DNA of 63,992 nucleotides, the filler included, from an uncultured Methanosarcinales archaeon (GTDB lineage Archaea > Nanobdellota > Nanobdellia > Woesearchaeales > CAYSVS01), in NCBI GenBank assembly GCA_964434475.1. It is 5 parts of 5 records of this genome, joined end to end, with 100 filler letters (N's around TTAATTAATTAA, not from the genome) between each part and the next. Parts side by side here need not be neighbours in the genome. Positions count along the whole stretch, not along the records: positions 1 to 13,623 come from CAYSVS010000030.1; positions 13,724 to 27,301 come from CAYSVS010000031.1; 3 more parts are not named here. The stretch is one strand, 5' to 3'. A model generated the notes under the pieces. It was not told the DNA's origin. It saw nothing but the letters and a program-made list of their open reading frames with translations, and searched no databases. Position numbers and translations under genes: made by a program. Below, one piece after another: positions 9,294 to 18,073 of the stretch. Each line of letters begins with the position of its first letter. Position 1 is the stretch's first letter.

Positions 9294-10157
9294 ATGTCCC
9301 AGACAGATGACAGGCTTCTGAACTTAATAACATGCAAGAAAGAGTATATTGATGATATGTTTATTAAAAAATATCCTGAACTGAAAAAATTTCTTGTAGT
9401 TCTACCTAATGCTGGGTCGCATATACCTTGCAGATATCTTAATAATGTTGATTTTGAAAACATATCTTTGATTGACGATGTTGATTATAATATTGAAGAG
9501 ATATTTGATCTTGTTGATATAGGCGGCACAATACTTTCTTCTGTGATAAGCAGGGATTTTGTTGATCTTGATAGAAGAAAAAAAGACTCGTCTGATGATG
9601 GTATTGTCAAGAAAGTATCTGTTGATGGAACTATGACAATCAAAAAGTTATACGATTTTTTTAGAGAATACCGTCCTATGGTAGGAACATATTACGAACC
9701 GTTTCATAAACTAATCCATAAAGAGATCAAGGAATTGAAGCAGAACTGCAAAAACTCCTTTCTTTTCATAAACGGCATGTCAACGCATTATCTTCCAGAG
9801 CCCTATAGGTCTGCAGATATTTGTATAGGAACAGCAGGCAAAAAATCCGCGAATCAGAATGAAATTAATTTCTTTCAAACAACACTTGCAAGATATGCTT
9901 GCCATATGGATGCGGAAGTTATATGTGATTCAATAGATGCTCCTGTTGGACATAAAGGATTGATATATAAATATAGAACAATAGATAAAAGAGATGGGAC
10001 TCTCATAACATTAAAAGAAAACAACTGCTTTTTGGTAGCCATAAACCGAAAACTGTATTTGAATCCTGATTTTTCGCCTAGAGAAGAAATGATTGAAAAG
10101 CTGAAAGAGATGATGCAAATAACTGTTAATGACTACATCCAAGAATTTCTTCAATAA
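9294..10157 (+). CDS. N-formylglutamate amidohydrolase-fold protein, probably catalytically degenerate
   Basis: VLPNAGSHIP, SRDFVDLDR, YYEPFH, ADICIGT; start moved to ATG 9294, after TATA TTTATAA. Confidence 0.7.
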   Translation: MSQTDDRLLNLITCKKEYIDDMFIKKYPELKKFLVVLPNAGSHIPCRYLNNVDFENISLIDDVDYNIEEIFDLVDIGGTILSSVISRDFVDLDRRKKDSSDDGIVKKVSVDGTMTIKKLYDFFREYRPMVGTYYEPFHKLIHKEIKELKQNCKNSFLFINGMSTHYLPEPYRSADICIGTAGKKSANQNEINFFQTTLARYACHMDAEVICDSIDAPVGHKGLIYKYRTIDKRDGTLITLKENNCFLVAINRKLYLNPDFSPREEMIEKLKEMMQITVNDYIQEFLQ

Positions 10158-10581
10158 TCTTGACAGCATTTTCCCTTGTCTTTGGAAAAGCTGCAATGGT
10201 TATCTTGATATGATAGCAGTTGCCTGAATCTGTTATTTTGTATTTGTTTTCTAATAATTTATCTTTCTCCAGTCTTATAAAAAAATTGTTATTTTTATCT
10301 AGCCTAGATTGCATCTGTTTTTTTATCAATTCAATATGTTCATCTATCTTTTTAATCAGATTTGCAAGAAAATTATTGATTTGCTTATTTCTTTTTAATT
10401 CTATCTCATAGATTTGTATCTTTCTTTCTTCAAAGCTTGTCGCTTCTGTCTTCTTTATCTTGACTTTTTCTTTTTCAAAGTCCTTTATCTGAGATAATAA
10501 CTTTAGTTTTTCAACTACCTTTTGCTCATCATCTTCTGGTTTTACAAAAACATTGATTTTTATATTATGTGCTAGTTTCAT
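10126..10581 (-). CDS. Archaeal predicted RNA-binding protein (COG1325-like, exosome-associated)
   Basis: HNIKINVFVKPEDD, FFIRLEK, IKITIAAFP; start overlaps the upstream gene stop. Confidence 0.75.
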   Translation of the reverse strand: MKLAHNIKINVFVKPEDDEQKVVEKLKLLSQIKDFEKEKVKIKKTEATSFEERKIQIYEIELKRNKQINNFLANLIKKIDEHIELIKKQMQSRLDKNNNFFIRLEKDKLLENKYKITDSGNCYHIKITIAAFPKTRENAVKIIEEILGCSH

Positions 10582-11615
10582 TTTCTTAACATACTGTTTG
10601 CGAATATATACATTGCATGGCTCCAGCATAAAGGTTTTACTCCTTTTTGTACGCTGTTGTTAAATATCTGCTCAGGAATATGGTTATCCTTTATATCTTT
10701 AAGAATCTTATTGTAATATTTTGATGCTTTTTGTCTATCTTTGGCTTTTATATGATAAATAGCCATCCAGAAATTAAGCAATGGCCAGTATCCTGCACCT
10801 TTTTTTCTTTGATGTTTTTTGTGCATCCAGCCGTCATACCTGTCATTAGCATATCTATACACTTTGTAATCTTTTGCTATGGTCTGTTCCATGATTTTTA
10901 CTGTATTCTTTATCTTATTATCTTTGGCTTTAACAATATCAAAAGGCCATACCAATCCTAATAAGGATGCATCAACTTCCTTGTCTCTTAGTTTACCAGA
11001 ACTTCTTGAGAAGTATCTTTTTTGTTTTAACAATGTTTTTTTCATCTCATTGGCAGTCTTTATCCATCTCTTTTTTGGAAACAATTCATTAGCACACATC
11101 AATCCTCTATAACATGCAGCCAAAGAATACGCAAAATTTTCTTTTAAGTCAGGAAAACAATATCTTTCTTCCCAAAGGTCTTGCGTTATAACATTGAAAT
11201 GATCTCTGCTCCATATTTCACATAACGCATCTGCTGATTTAGTGATTGCTTTCTTGAATTTATTTGCATCTTCTTTATTTTCTTTGTAAAAGTCATGCAT
11301 AGCCCAAAGCAATGTTCCTGTTTGGTCTGGCTGAAAATTATGTCTTGCTTTTTTTCCGTTAACAAAATATTTTTCATAGAACAATCCTTTTGTCTCTGCT
11401 TTTATGCACCATTTGAAAAACTTCTCTTGTACATCTCTTATTCCTATCAAATTAAGTGCAACGCAGATATAAGCGCCGTCTCTTGGCCATACATATCTGT
11501 AATTCTTTGCTTGTTTTGGATAATATCTTTTCTTAGGATTAGCTGCAACAATAGCACCATTGCTTAGGCAGCAGTCTTTTATTACTTTTACGCTCTCTTC
11601 TATTAATGTTTTCAT
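10578..11615 (-). CDS. Glycoside hydrolase family 15 (glucoamylase-like)
   Basis: YRYVWPRDG, QPDQTG, DLWEE, DASLLGL, PEQ, PLCWSHAM. Confidence 0.92.
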   Translation of the reverse strand: MKTLIEESVKVIKDCCLSNGAIVAANPKKRYYPKQAKNYRYVWPRDGAYICVALNLIGIRDVQEKFFKWCIKAETKGLFYEKYFVNGKKARHNFQPDQTGTLLWAMHDFYKENKEDANKFKKAITKSADALCEIWSRDHFNVITQDLWEERYCFPDLKENFAYSLAACYRGLMCANELFPKKRWIKTANEMKKTLLKQKRYFSRSSGKLRDKEVDASLLGLVWPFDIVKAKDNKIKNTVKIMEQTIAKDYKVYRYANDRYDGWMHKKHQRKKGAGYWPLLNFWMAIYHIKAKDRQKASKYYNKILKDIKDNHIPEQIFNNSVQKGVKPLCWSHAMYIFANSMLRK

Positions 11616-11687
11616 ATTATGGTATTTTTAAAATGCTTTATTTAAATTTTTTCAAAATATTTATATATTCTATATATTATTCTTATC

Positions 11688-12545
11688 TTGATGAAACATA
11701 CGCATAAGGTTACTATCCTGCTTATAGCATTGTTCTTATTGTCACAATTCTTTGGATTGTTTATAGTCAAGCAGTATTTAGGTGAATCTGACTCGGGCGA
11801 GATTGAATGGCAGCAATTGCCTATGAATATAGAACGGCCAGATATAGAAGAGACATATTCTTTTGTTCCTTTGTTTTTTGCTATCTTGTTGGGTACTTTG
11901 TTATTTTTATTTTTTGTAAGATTCAAGACATTCCTTTTATGGAAAGCTATGTTCTTTTTTGCAGTGCTTATGACTTTGACAATAGCATTCAATGCTTTTA
12001 TTCCTGAGAAGATTGCAGTAACTTTGGCTTTATTGCTGGCGATTTTCAAGGTTGTCAGGCCAAATATACTGGTGCATAACCTTACTGAACTTTTTATCTA
12101 TGGTGGATTAGCAGCAATATTTGCGCCATTGATGAACCTTGTTTCAGCTTTTATGCTATTGATACTTATATCATTGTATGATATGTGGGCTGTATGGAAA
12201 ACAAAGCACATGATTAAACTAGCAGAATTTCAGAAACAAAGCAAGATATTTGCTGGACTTTATGTTCCTTATGTAATGCCAAAACAAAAGCCAGTAAAGG
12301 GCAAAAAGATAAAAGTAGAAGTAAAAAGCGGAATACTTGGAGGCGGAGATGTAGGTTTTCCTTTGATATTCGCTTCTGTTGTGATGAAACAGTTCGGCTT
12401 TGCAAGAGCATTGTTCATCCCTCTGTTCGCTACTGCTGCGCTATACCTATTATTCTACTACGCAGAGAAAAACAAGTACTATCCAGCGATGCCTTTCTTA
12501 TCAGCCGGATGTTTTTTAGGGTATTTGGTTATGTTGCTGTTTTAG
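11688..12545 (+). CDS. Presenilin-family intramembrane aspartyl protease
   Basis: Multi-TM; YD motif (LYDMWAV), LGGGD, PAMP (PAL-like). Confidence 0.93.
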   Translation: MMKHTHKVTILLIALFLLSQFFGLFIVKQYLGESDSGEIEWQQLPMNIERPDIEETYSFVPLFFAILLGTLLFLFFVRFKTFLLWKAMFFFAVLMTLTIAFNAFIPEKIAVTLALLLAIFKVVRPNILVHNLTELFIYGGLAAIFAPLMNLVSAFMLLILISLYDMWAVWKTKHMIKLAEFQKQSKIFAGLYVPYVMPKQKPVKGKKIKVEVKSGILGGGDVGFPLIFASVVMKQFGFARALFIPLFATAALYLLFYYAEKNKYYPAMPFLSAGCFLGYLVMLLF

Positions 12546-12690
12546 GAGTTAATTAAAATTTAAATATTTTTTAAACCATTTCTTTATTTTGTTATATCTT
12601 TTATGTCTATCATTCCAAGAAAGAGATAATTCATTACCTAATCCTATATCTTAGCGATTATCACCATAAGCTTTTTTTCGTTTACTATAT

Positions 12691-13521
12691 CTACTCGTCA
12701 TTACTCCTGACCATATTCAAGAGATTCTTTTGCTTTGCTTTTGCTGCGTAATTTTCTGGCGAGACAACCATGCCATCCTTTGCAGCTATCACCTGGACAT
12801 TTGTCTTTTTCTGTATCTCTCTTGCTTCATATATAGGATCTGCTTTAAGCATCTTTAGACCAAAATGTGTAATGATAGCCAGTCTTGGTTTTATCTTTTC
12901 TATCATCTTGACAGCGTCGTCAGCATTCATCTGGCCATCTATCTTTGTTCCTGAAGGAGCAACAACATTCATTATTATGATATCGCAGCCTTTGTACTCT
13001 TCAGAGATATCATTCGTAAATTTAGTATCTCCTGTATACCCTAATGTAAAATAAGGTGTTAAAAACTTAAAACCTATGGCATTAGGTTCTGTGTGGTTGG
13101 TTTTAGTGCCTATAATATCCACATTCTCTATACCTATCTTTTTACCAGGCTCAAGAACTATAATCTTCTCAACACAGTCAGTATGGAATTCTGTTAGATA
13201 TGGCTTTATATCTTCGGTTCCATTCATCAATGTTTTGTTGCATATAAGCACTCCTTTCTTGTCTAATCCAGAATAAGTCATAGCATCTATCAAAGCATTG
13301 ACGTCGTTGCAATGTCCAAGATGATTGTGCGAAACAAGAATTCCTGTATTTTCCCTAACATTTACACCGTGCTCTGCAGCTCTTACTAATGCTCCTGTTC
13401 CTGGATCTATATGGAATTGAACACTATCTACATTAAGGACTATTCCGCCGCTTCCTCTGAACTGCTTTCCGTATACATAGCAATCCCCTCCGCTTCCAAG
13501 AAAAGTGATTTTTGAAGCCAT
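12691..13521 (-). CDS. Metallo-beta-lactamase-fold hydrolase
   Basis: FLGSGG, IDPG, SHNHLGHCND, YTGDT, ITHFG. Confidence 0.9.
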   Translation of the reverse strand: MASKITFLGSGGDCYVYGKQFRGSGGIVLNVDSVQFHIDPGTGALVRAAEHGVNVRENTGILVSHNHLGHCNDVNALIDAMTYSGLDKKGVLICNKTLMNGTEDIKPYLTEFHTDCVEKIIVLEPGKKIGIENVDIIGTKTNHTEPNAIGFKFLTPYFTLGYTGDTKFTNDISEEYKGCDIIIMNVVAPSGTKIDGQMNADDAVKMIEKIKPRLAIITHFGLKMLKADPIYEAREIQKKTNVQVIAAKDGMVVSPENYAAKAKQKNLLNMVRSNDE

Positions 13522-13723
13522 TTAGATTATAATTTCATCAAGTATGTTAATAAATATTTCTATACTGTAGAAAAACTGTACGATTTGAAAATTCTTGCAA
13601 TTTCTATATTTATTAATTTTGCANNNNNNNNNNNNNNNNNNNNNNNNNNNNNNNNNNNNNNNNNNNNTTAATTAATTAANNNNNNNNNNNNNNNNNNNNN
13701 NNNNNNNNNNNNNNNNNNNNNNN

Positions 13724-14138
13724 CACACCCAGTATCAATGCAAGATTTTATCTTGCTTTCCATCTCTTCACCCATATAATCAGCATATCCGACCCAATGT
13801 TCTTCTCCGATGAATGTTGTTGGAACTCCTTGTGCTCTAGTTTCATAAGCTTGTGCAACCTCTTGGAAAAGCTTTGCATTTTCCGGATTTTTCCATGTTT
13901 CAAACATCTTTATCTCAATTTCTGGATACTTTTGCTGCATTTCTTCAAGGAAAGGCTTTTCATGAGCGCAGTGAGGACACCCATCTCCCCAGAAAAAATA
14001 AACAGTTACTTTATCAGAACTGTCTGTTATATCCTCAACAACATTGCCTGTCGGGTTAGATTGTACATTATTTGAACATCCTGCAATCGCAAGAATTATT
14101 AACATCATCATAACTATATATATTGTTTTTAATTTCAT
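13724..14138 (-). CDS. Lipoprotein thioredoxin/glutaredoxin (3' end lost in linker)
   Basis: Lipobox IAGC; CPHC; GVPTTFI; RBS GGGAGG. Confidence 0.85.
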
Positions 14139-14197
14139 TTTATCTTTTCCTCCCTAATCTTTTCAACAGTTTATGAATATACTTTATCATTTAAACC

Positions 14198-14422
14198 TTA
14201 TATTTTATTTCTCTGTTCAACAAAATCTCTCGCTCTTTGTTTAGAGACTCCAAGCTGCTTTAGATGACTCTGTACTTCACTATCATTTAATCTCGAAAGG
14301 TATTTGCTATAACTTATTGTTGTTTGCATAGTTATCTTTGCGGGGAGCATATCTCCCAAATGTCTACTAGGAACATATTTAATACATAAATCTTCCAATT
14401 GGTGTATTTGTTGGTCATACAT
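14198..14422 (-). CDS. Small hypothetical protein
   Basis: 74 aa; start overlaps the gcvH stop. Confidence 0.55.
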   Translation of the reverse strand: MYDQQIHQLEDLCIKYVPSRHLGDMLPAKITMQTTISYSKYLSRLNDSEVQSHLKQLGVSKQRARDFVEQRNKI

Positions 14423-14813
14423 TTTTTATTTTTACCTCATAATATTTTTCTGCTTCTTTTGAGCTCATCAACTCTTCTGCTTCTTTTGGATTGTCCAGCT
14501 TTATCTTCATAATCCAGCTTTTGTAAGGATCTTTGTTTATCTTTGATGGTTCGTCAAAAAGAGAATCATTCACTTCTATGATTTCCCCGCTTACTGGGCT
14601 TGATAAGTGGCCCGACCATTTTACTGCTTCTACTGAAACATAATTTTCTTCTTTTTTTATTTTTTTACCTTTTTTAGGTAATTTAATAAAAACAAATTCT
14701 TTTACTTTCTTTGCAGCAGGCTCAACTATCCCTATAGTTGAGGTGTCCCCTTCAACCTTAACCCAAGAGTAATCTTTATTGTACTTTAAATCATTTGGAA
14801 TCTTCATTTTCAA
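14415..14813 (-). CDS. gcvH: Glycine cleavage H-protein-like lipoyl carrier
   Basis: IPNDLKY..SWVKVEG, VEAVK (lipoyl-Lys), SPVSGEIIEVN, INKDPY.SWIMK; RBS GGAGG. Confidence 0.9.
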   Translation of the reverse strand: MKMKIPNDLKYNKDYSWVKVEGDTSTIGIVEPAAKKVKEFVFIKLPKKGKKIKKEENYVSVEAVKWSGHLSSPVSGEIIEVNDSLFDEPSKINKDPYKSWIMKIKLDNPKEAEELMSSKEAEKYYEVKIKNV

Positions 14814-16536
14814 CCTCCTTTTTATTATTTTCAGTTTTTTCTTTTATCATGTTCTCATTTTTATCAGCTTCATCTGGTTTTTTGTTTTTCTTGATTTTCT
14901 TTGTAATGTAGATAATAATTCCTGCTGTTGTCAGGGCTATAGCGACTAGTCCTAAAGAAACTAAGGCGTTGTTCATCAAGGCCGGCTTAATTATCAAGAC
15001 CAGGCCTAAACATAGCATCATCATTCCTGAAATCAGTTTCAGAATCTGTCCCTGCCATTCTGTAAGTTTTTTAGCTCCTAAAGTAATCACAAACATCAAG
15101 ACAATGAACAACAATGGAATCACATAAACCAAGTTATAAAACCCAAGGTACATATAATATTGTGCTGTTGATAAATTGTGAAGAGTTAATACTCTTGTAA
15201 AGACCATAGGGAATCCCGCAGTACACAATAGCTCATAACTATTTGCAGCAATGGCAAGGATAATCGTACCTATCATCATCGAAGGTATCGAAGATGCCTT
15301 AAGCAAATTTCTCATCCTTTGAAAAAGCTTTGGCTTTGCACTTTCAGGTATAACTAAAGAAACTCCTTTTTCAAAAAAGAAGAAATCTTTTATGTTTATT
15401 GCACCAACAATCAAAGCGACAACCCCCGCAATGGTTGTTATTATCATCAATTGACCAATTAATAAAAATAGATTAAGCCAGGCAGACATAAAAAGAAAAT
15501 ATATCAATCCTGAGAAAAATATAAATGTTCCGCCTATCAGCAGCATTCTTTTTCTTGATTTTGCATAGATAAGCATACTTAATAAAAAGAACAGTACAAA
15601 GAATGCGCAGGGGTTAAAACTATCCACTCCTGCAAGTACTATCGTCAAGACAGGAAGAGACATCTTTGATGCGTCCAATTCCCCAAGAACAGGTAATTTT
15701 ATACTTTCCTTTGTTTCAGGAGTGATATCTTTTGGCTGTGGTGGATAAGGAGTTAATCCCTGTATCTTTTCTGCAGGGCAGATGCATCCTTTCTCTTTGC
15801 AGTTAATTATCTCCTGTTCAAAATTCTCTTTGATAGAAGTCTCGCCAAGCAAAAATCTATTGCCTATAAACAAGATCGGAAAACCACTATCTATTATGCT
15901 GTAAGTTTCTTTAAATTTATCATAAAGTTCTTTTTCTTTTGAATCTGAAACATCATGTCTTGTTAAGTCAATATTATGCTTTTCAATTAAAGAATCAAGA
16001 AAAGGAGACACAGAATCGCATTGCGGACAGTCTCCATGCGCAAAAATATGAGCACAAACTTCTTTTAATGGAGATAATGCTTCTGCTGATTCAGATATTT
16101 CTGCATTTTCAGAAGGTTTTTGCAGTTTTTCTATGGGATCTGTGCAGCCTTGCTCAATACATAAATTTACCTTCTTTTCAATCTCCTCTCCCATATAATC
16201 AGCATATCCTACCCAAACTTTATCATCAATGAAAGTTGTTGGAACTCCTTGTGCTGATGTTCCCTGGGCTTCTGCCATATCAGAAAAAAGCTTGGCATTT
16301 TCCTGATTATACCAGGTTTCGTAAGATTTCACCTCTACTTCAGGATAGTCTTGTTCTAATTGTTCTAAAAAAGGCTTTTCATGATCACAATGTGGACAGC
16401 CCTCTCCCCAGAAAAAATAAACTGTTACTTTAGATGAATCGGTTTGCGCTGATGCTAAAGACATAAGCATCATTGTAAATAAAGCTAAGAAAGCTAATAA
16501 CAATAATCGCTTTTTCAATAGTTTCATTTTATTCAT
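14791..16536 (-). CDS. Two thioredoxin/glutaredoxin domains fused to a CcdA/DsbD-like membrane domain
   Basis: Signal peptide; CPHC and CPQC; TM region with DSFNPCAF and ELLCTAGFP cysteines. Confidence 0.88.
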   Translation of the reverse strand: MNKMKLLKKRLLLLAFLALFTMMLMSLASAQTDSSKVTVYFFWGEGCPHCDHEKPFLEQLEQDYPEVEVKSYETWYNQENAKLFSDMAEAQGTSAQGVPTTFIDDKVWVGYADYMGEEIEKKVNLCIEQGCTDPIEKLQKPSENAEISESAEALSPLKEVCAHIFAHGDCPQCDSVSPFLDSLIEKHNIDLTRHDVSDSKEKELYDKFKETYSIIDSGFPILFIGNRFLLGETSIKENFEQEIINCKEKGCICPAEKIQGLTPYPPQPKDITPETKESIKLPVLGELDASKMSLPVLTIVLAGVDSFNPCAFFVLFFLLSMLIYAKSRKRMLLIGGTFIFFSGLIYFLFMSAWLNLFLLIGQLMIITTIAGVVALIVGAINIKDFFFFEKGVSLVIPESAKPKLFQRMRNLLKASSIPSMMIGTIILAIAANSYELLCTAGFPMVFTRVLTLHNLSTAQYYMYLGFYNLVYVIPLLFIVLMFVITLGAKKLTEWQGQILKLISGMMMLCLGLVLIIKPALMNNALVSLGLVAIALTTAGIIIYITKKIKKNKKPDEADKNENMIKEKTENNKKEVENEDSK

Positions 16537-16710
16537 AGTATTTTAAATGATGAAATGGTTTATAAATATTTGTTTCAAAAAATGAAATGACCCTTAAAAT
16601 GGGTTTCATTTTGTGAAAAAGGCCACAATATAAGCCACTAATTCTTTGCACTCTAGTTTAAATCTTTATTAATCAAAGCTCCATTTAATTAGTTGGTATG
16701 TAATCAACAA

Positions 16711-16993
16711 TCAGTAGCACTTGTTATTCTTTTCTGCACTATTGCATCCGCAGTCTGAAATTGTTGCTTTCTTGTCGCATAATTTTTCAGCAAGATTTAG
16801 TATTGAGTTTGCAGGAGTCTGTTTAACTTTGCATGTCATATTTATCGTATTCCATATATCCTCTTTGGATATTCCTAGCTGCCTTGCCTCATTGATATTT
16901 CAGGCACATCTCACAATTTGACCCTGTCGCTGCTCCGATGGCAACAATCTCTTTGACAGTATTGTTAAAGATACTTTCTTTTTTTTCAACCAT
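16711..16993 (-). pseudogene. Frameshifted carboxymuconolactone decarboxylase/AhpD-family gene
   Basis: MVEKKESIFNNTVKEIVAIGAATGSNCEMCLKY reads into a premature TGA. It continues in another frame as NEARQLGISKEDIWNTINMTCKVKQTPANSILNLAEKLCDKKATISDCGCNSAEKNNKCY*. RBS GGGAGG. Confidence 0.85.
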
Positions 16994-17009
16994 TGTTTTT
17001 CCTCCCTTT

Positions 17010-17510
17010 TTAGTTATTTTTTACAAAGATTTCCTTAAAATCAGTATCAAGGATTATTTTATTAGTCATACCATTCTTTACTTTATGCACAATACCTTTA
17101 GATTTAAGACTGGCGAGTCTTCTATGAAGTTTTACAGGATTAATTTTTGTTTTTTTACTTAAACTATTTTGGGGGATTTCTCCTTTGTTTTCAATTATTG
17201 AAAAAAGTATGGCTTTTTCTTCATGATCTAAAAAATTCAATGTTTTTTCAACATTTCCAAAGATTTTCTCTTTTTCTTTAGAAAATGACTTTGAAAGAAA
17301 ATAATAAGTCATGATGCCAACTAAAACTCCTAAGGATGTAAGGATGGCTATGATGATAGGCACAGGAACTTTGCAGCTGCATGAAGTTCCGTAATTGTCT
17401 TTTATAAAATATATTGCTAGTGAAACAAGAAATATGAACCCCATAATCAATGCCGCTGCAAGCAATATATTGTATAAATCTTTTTTTTCATGTATTTTGC
17501 TGGTGTTCAA
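17010..17510 (-). CDS. Membrane-anchored winged-HTH protein
   Basis: Two TM helices with CSC in the loop; C-terminal GEIPQNSL...KLHRRLASLKSKGIV...GMTNKI. Confidence 0.82.
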   Translation of the reverse strand: MNTSKIHEKKDLYNILLAAALIMGFIFLVSLAIYFIKDNYGTSCSCKVPVPIIIAILTSLGVLVGIMTYYFLSKSFSKEKEKIFGNVEKTLNFLDHEEKAILFSIIENKGEIPQNSLSKKTKINPVKLHRRLASLKSKGIVHKVKNGMTNKIILDTDFKEIFVKNN

Positions 17511-17764
17511 TTTATCATCATCTTTTCAATTTTGTTTTGTATGTTTTTATCTTTAATGTTATAAAAAACATTTTTGCCTTTTCTTCTTGATTTTAATATT
17601 CCTGCTTTCTCAAGTTTCCTTAATTGTATTGATGTTGTTGATTGTGTTCTTTTGACATGCGGGAAGATTTCGCAGACACATTTCTCTCCATCCAAAAGAA
17701 AATCAACTATTTTTAATCTTGTAGCATCTGATAAAGCTTTCATTATTTTTAATGTTTTATCCAT
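17507..17764 (-). CDS. arsR: ArsR/SmtB-family repressor
   Basis: KALSDATRLKI, EKCVCEI, QSTTSIQL, RKGKNVFY. Confidence 0.9.
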   Translation of the reverse strand: MDKTLKIMKALSDATRLKIVDFLLDGEKCVCEIFPHVKRTQSTTSIQLRKLEKAGILKSRRKGKNVFYNIKDKNIQNKIEKMMIN

Positions 17765-17769
17765 TTTAT

Positions 17770-17789
17770 ATATTGACAAATATCAATAT
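17770..17789. promoter_or_regulatory. Putative ArsR operator palindrome ATATTGA-N6-TCAATAT
   Basis: Perfect 7-bp inverted repeat between the TATA-like box (~17791-17798) and the arsR ATG. Confidence 0.7.
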
Positions 17790-18004
17790 GTTTATAAATT
17801 TTTCTGTTGATATTATAAAAACAAAAAACTGCCAGCTAAAGTTTGCAGTATCTATTATTATCAATCGGTATAGTCATTTATCCTATTCTTAAAATATTAT
17901 GTATATTCTGTCTAATTGTAATAACGAAAACTCGTTACTCGGAGTTATCTACAGACTAAATTTCGCAGTATTGCACTCCTCGCTTAGACAAGTGAGTTTT
18001 AGGA

Positions 18005-18056
18005 ATTGAAAATTTCATGCTAAAGTATGAGGTATTACACTTATGAAATTTTCAAT
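18005..18056. repeat. 14-bp perfect inverted repeat (hairpin) 3' of the antiporter gene
   Basis: ATTGAAAATTTCAT 18005-18018 / ATGAAATTTTCAAT 18043-18056. Confidence 0.6.
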
Positions 18057-18073
18057 AAATAAAGAAGAAAGTT

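Noticed and set aside
13668..13679. TTAATTAATTAA palindrome recurring inside N runs (also at 27346, 40870, 54369)
   Set aside because: Artificial six-frame-stop contig linker, flanked by 44 N on each side; not biological
16889..16891. In-frame TGA after CxxC in the CMD gene as possible selenocysteine
   Set aside because: Homology continues in a different frame, so this is a frameshift and not readthrough
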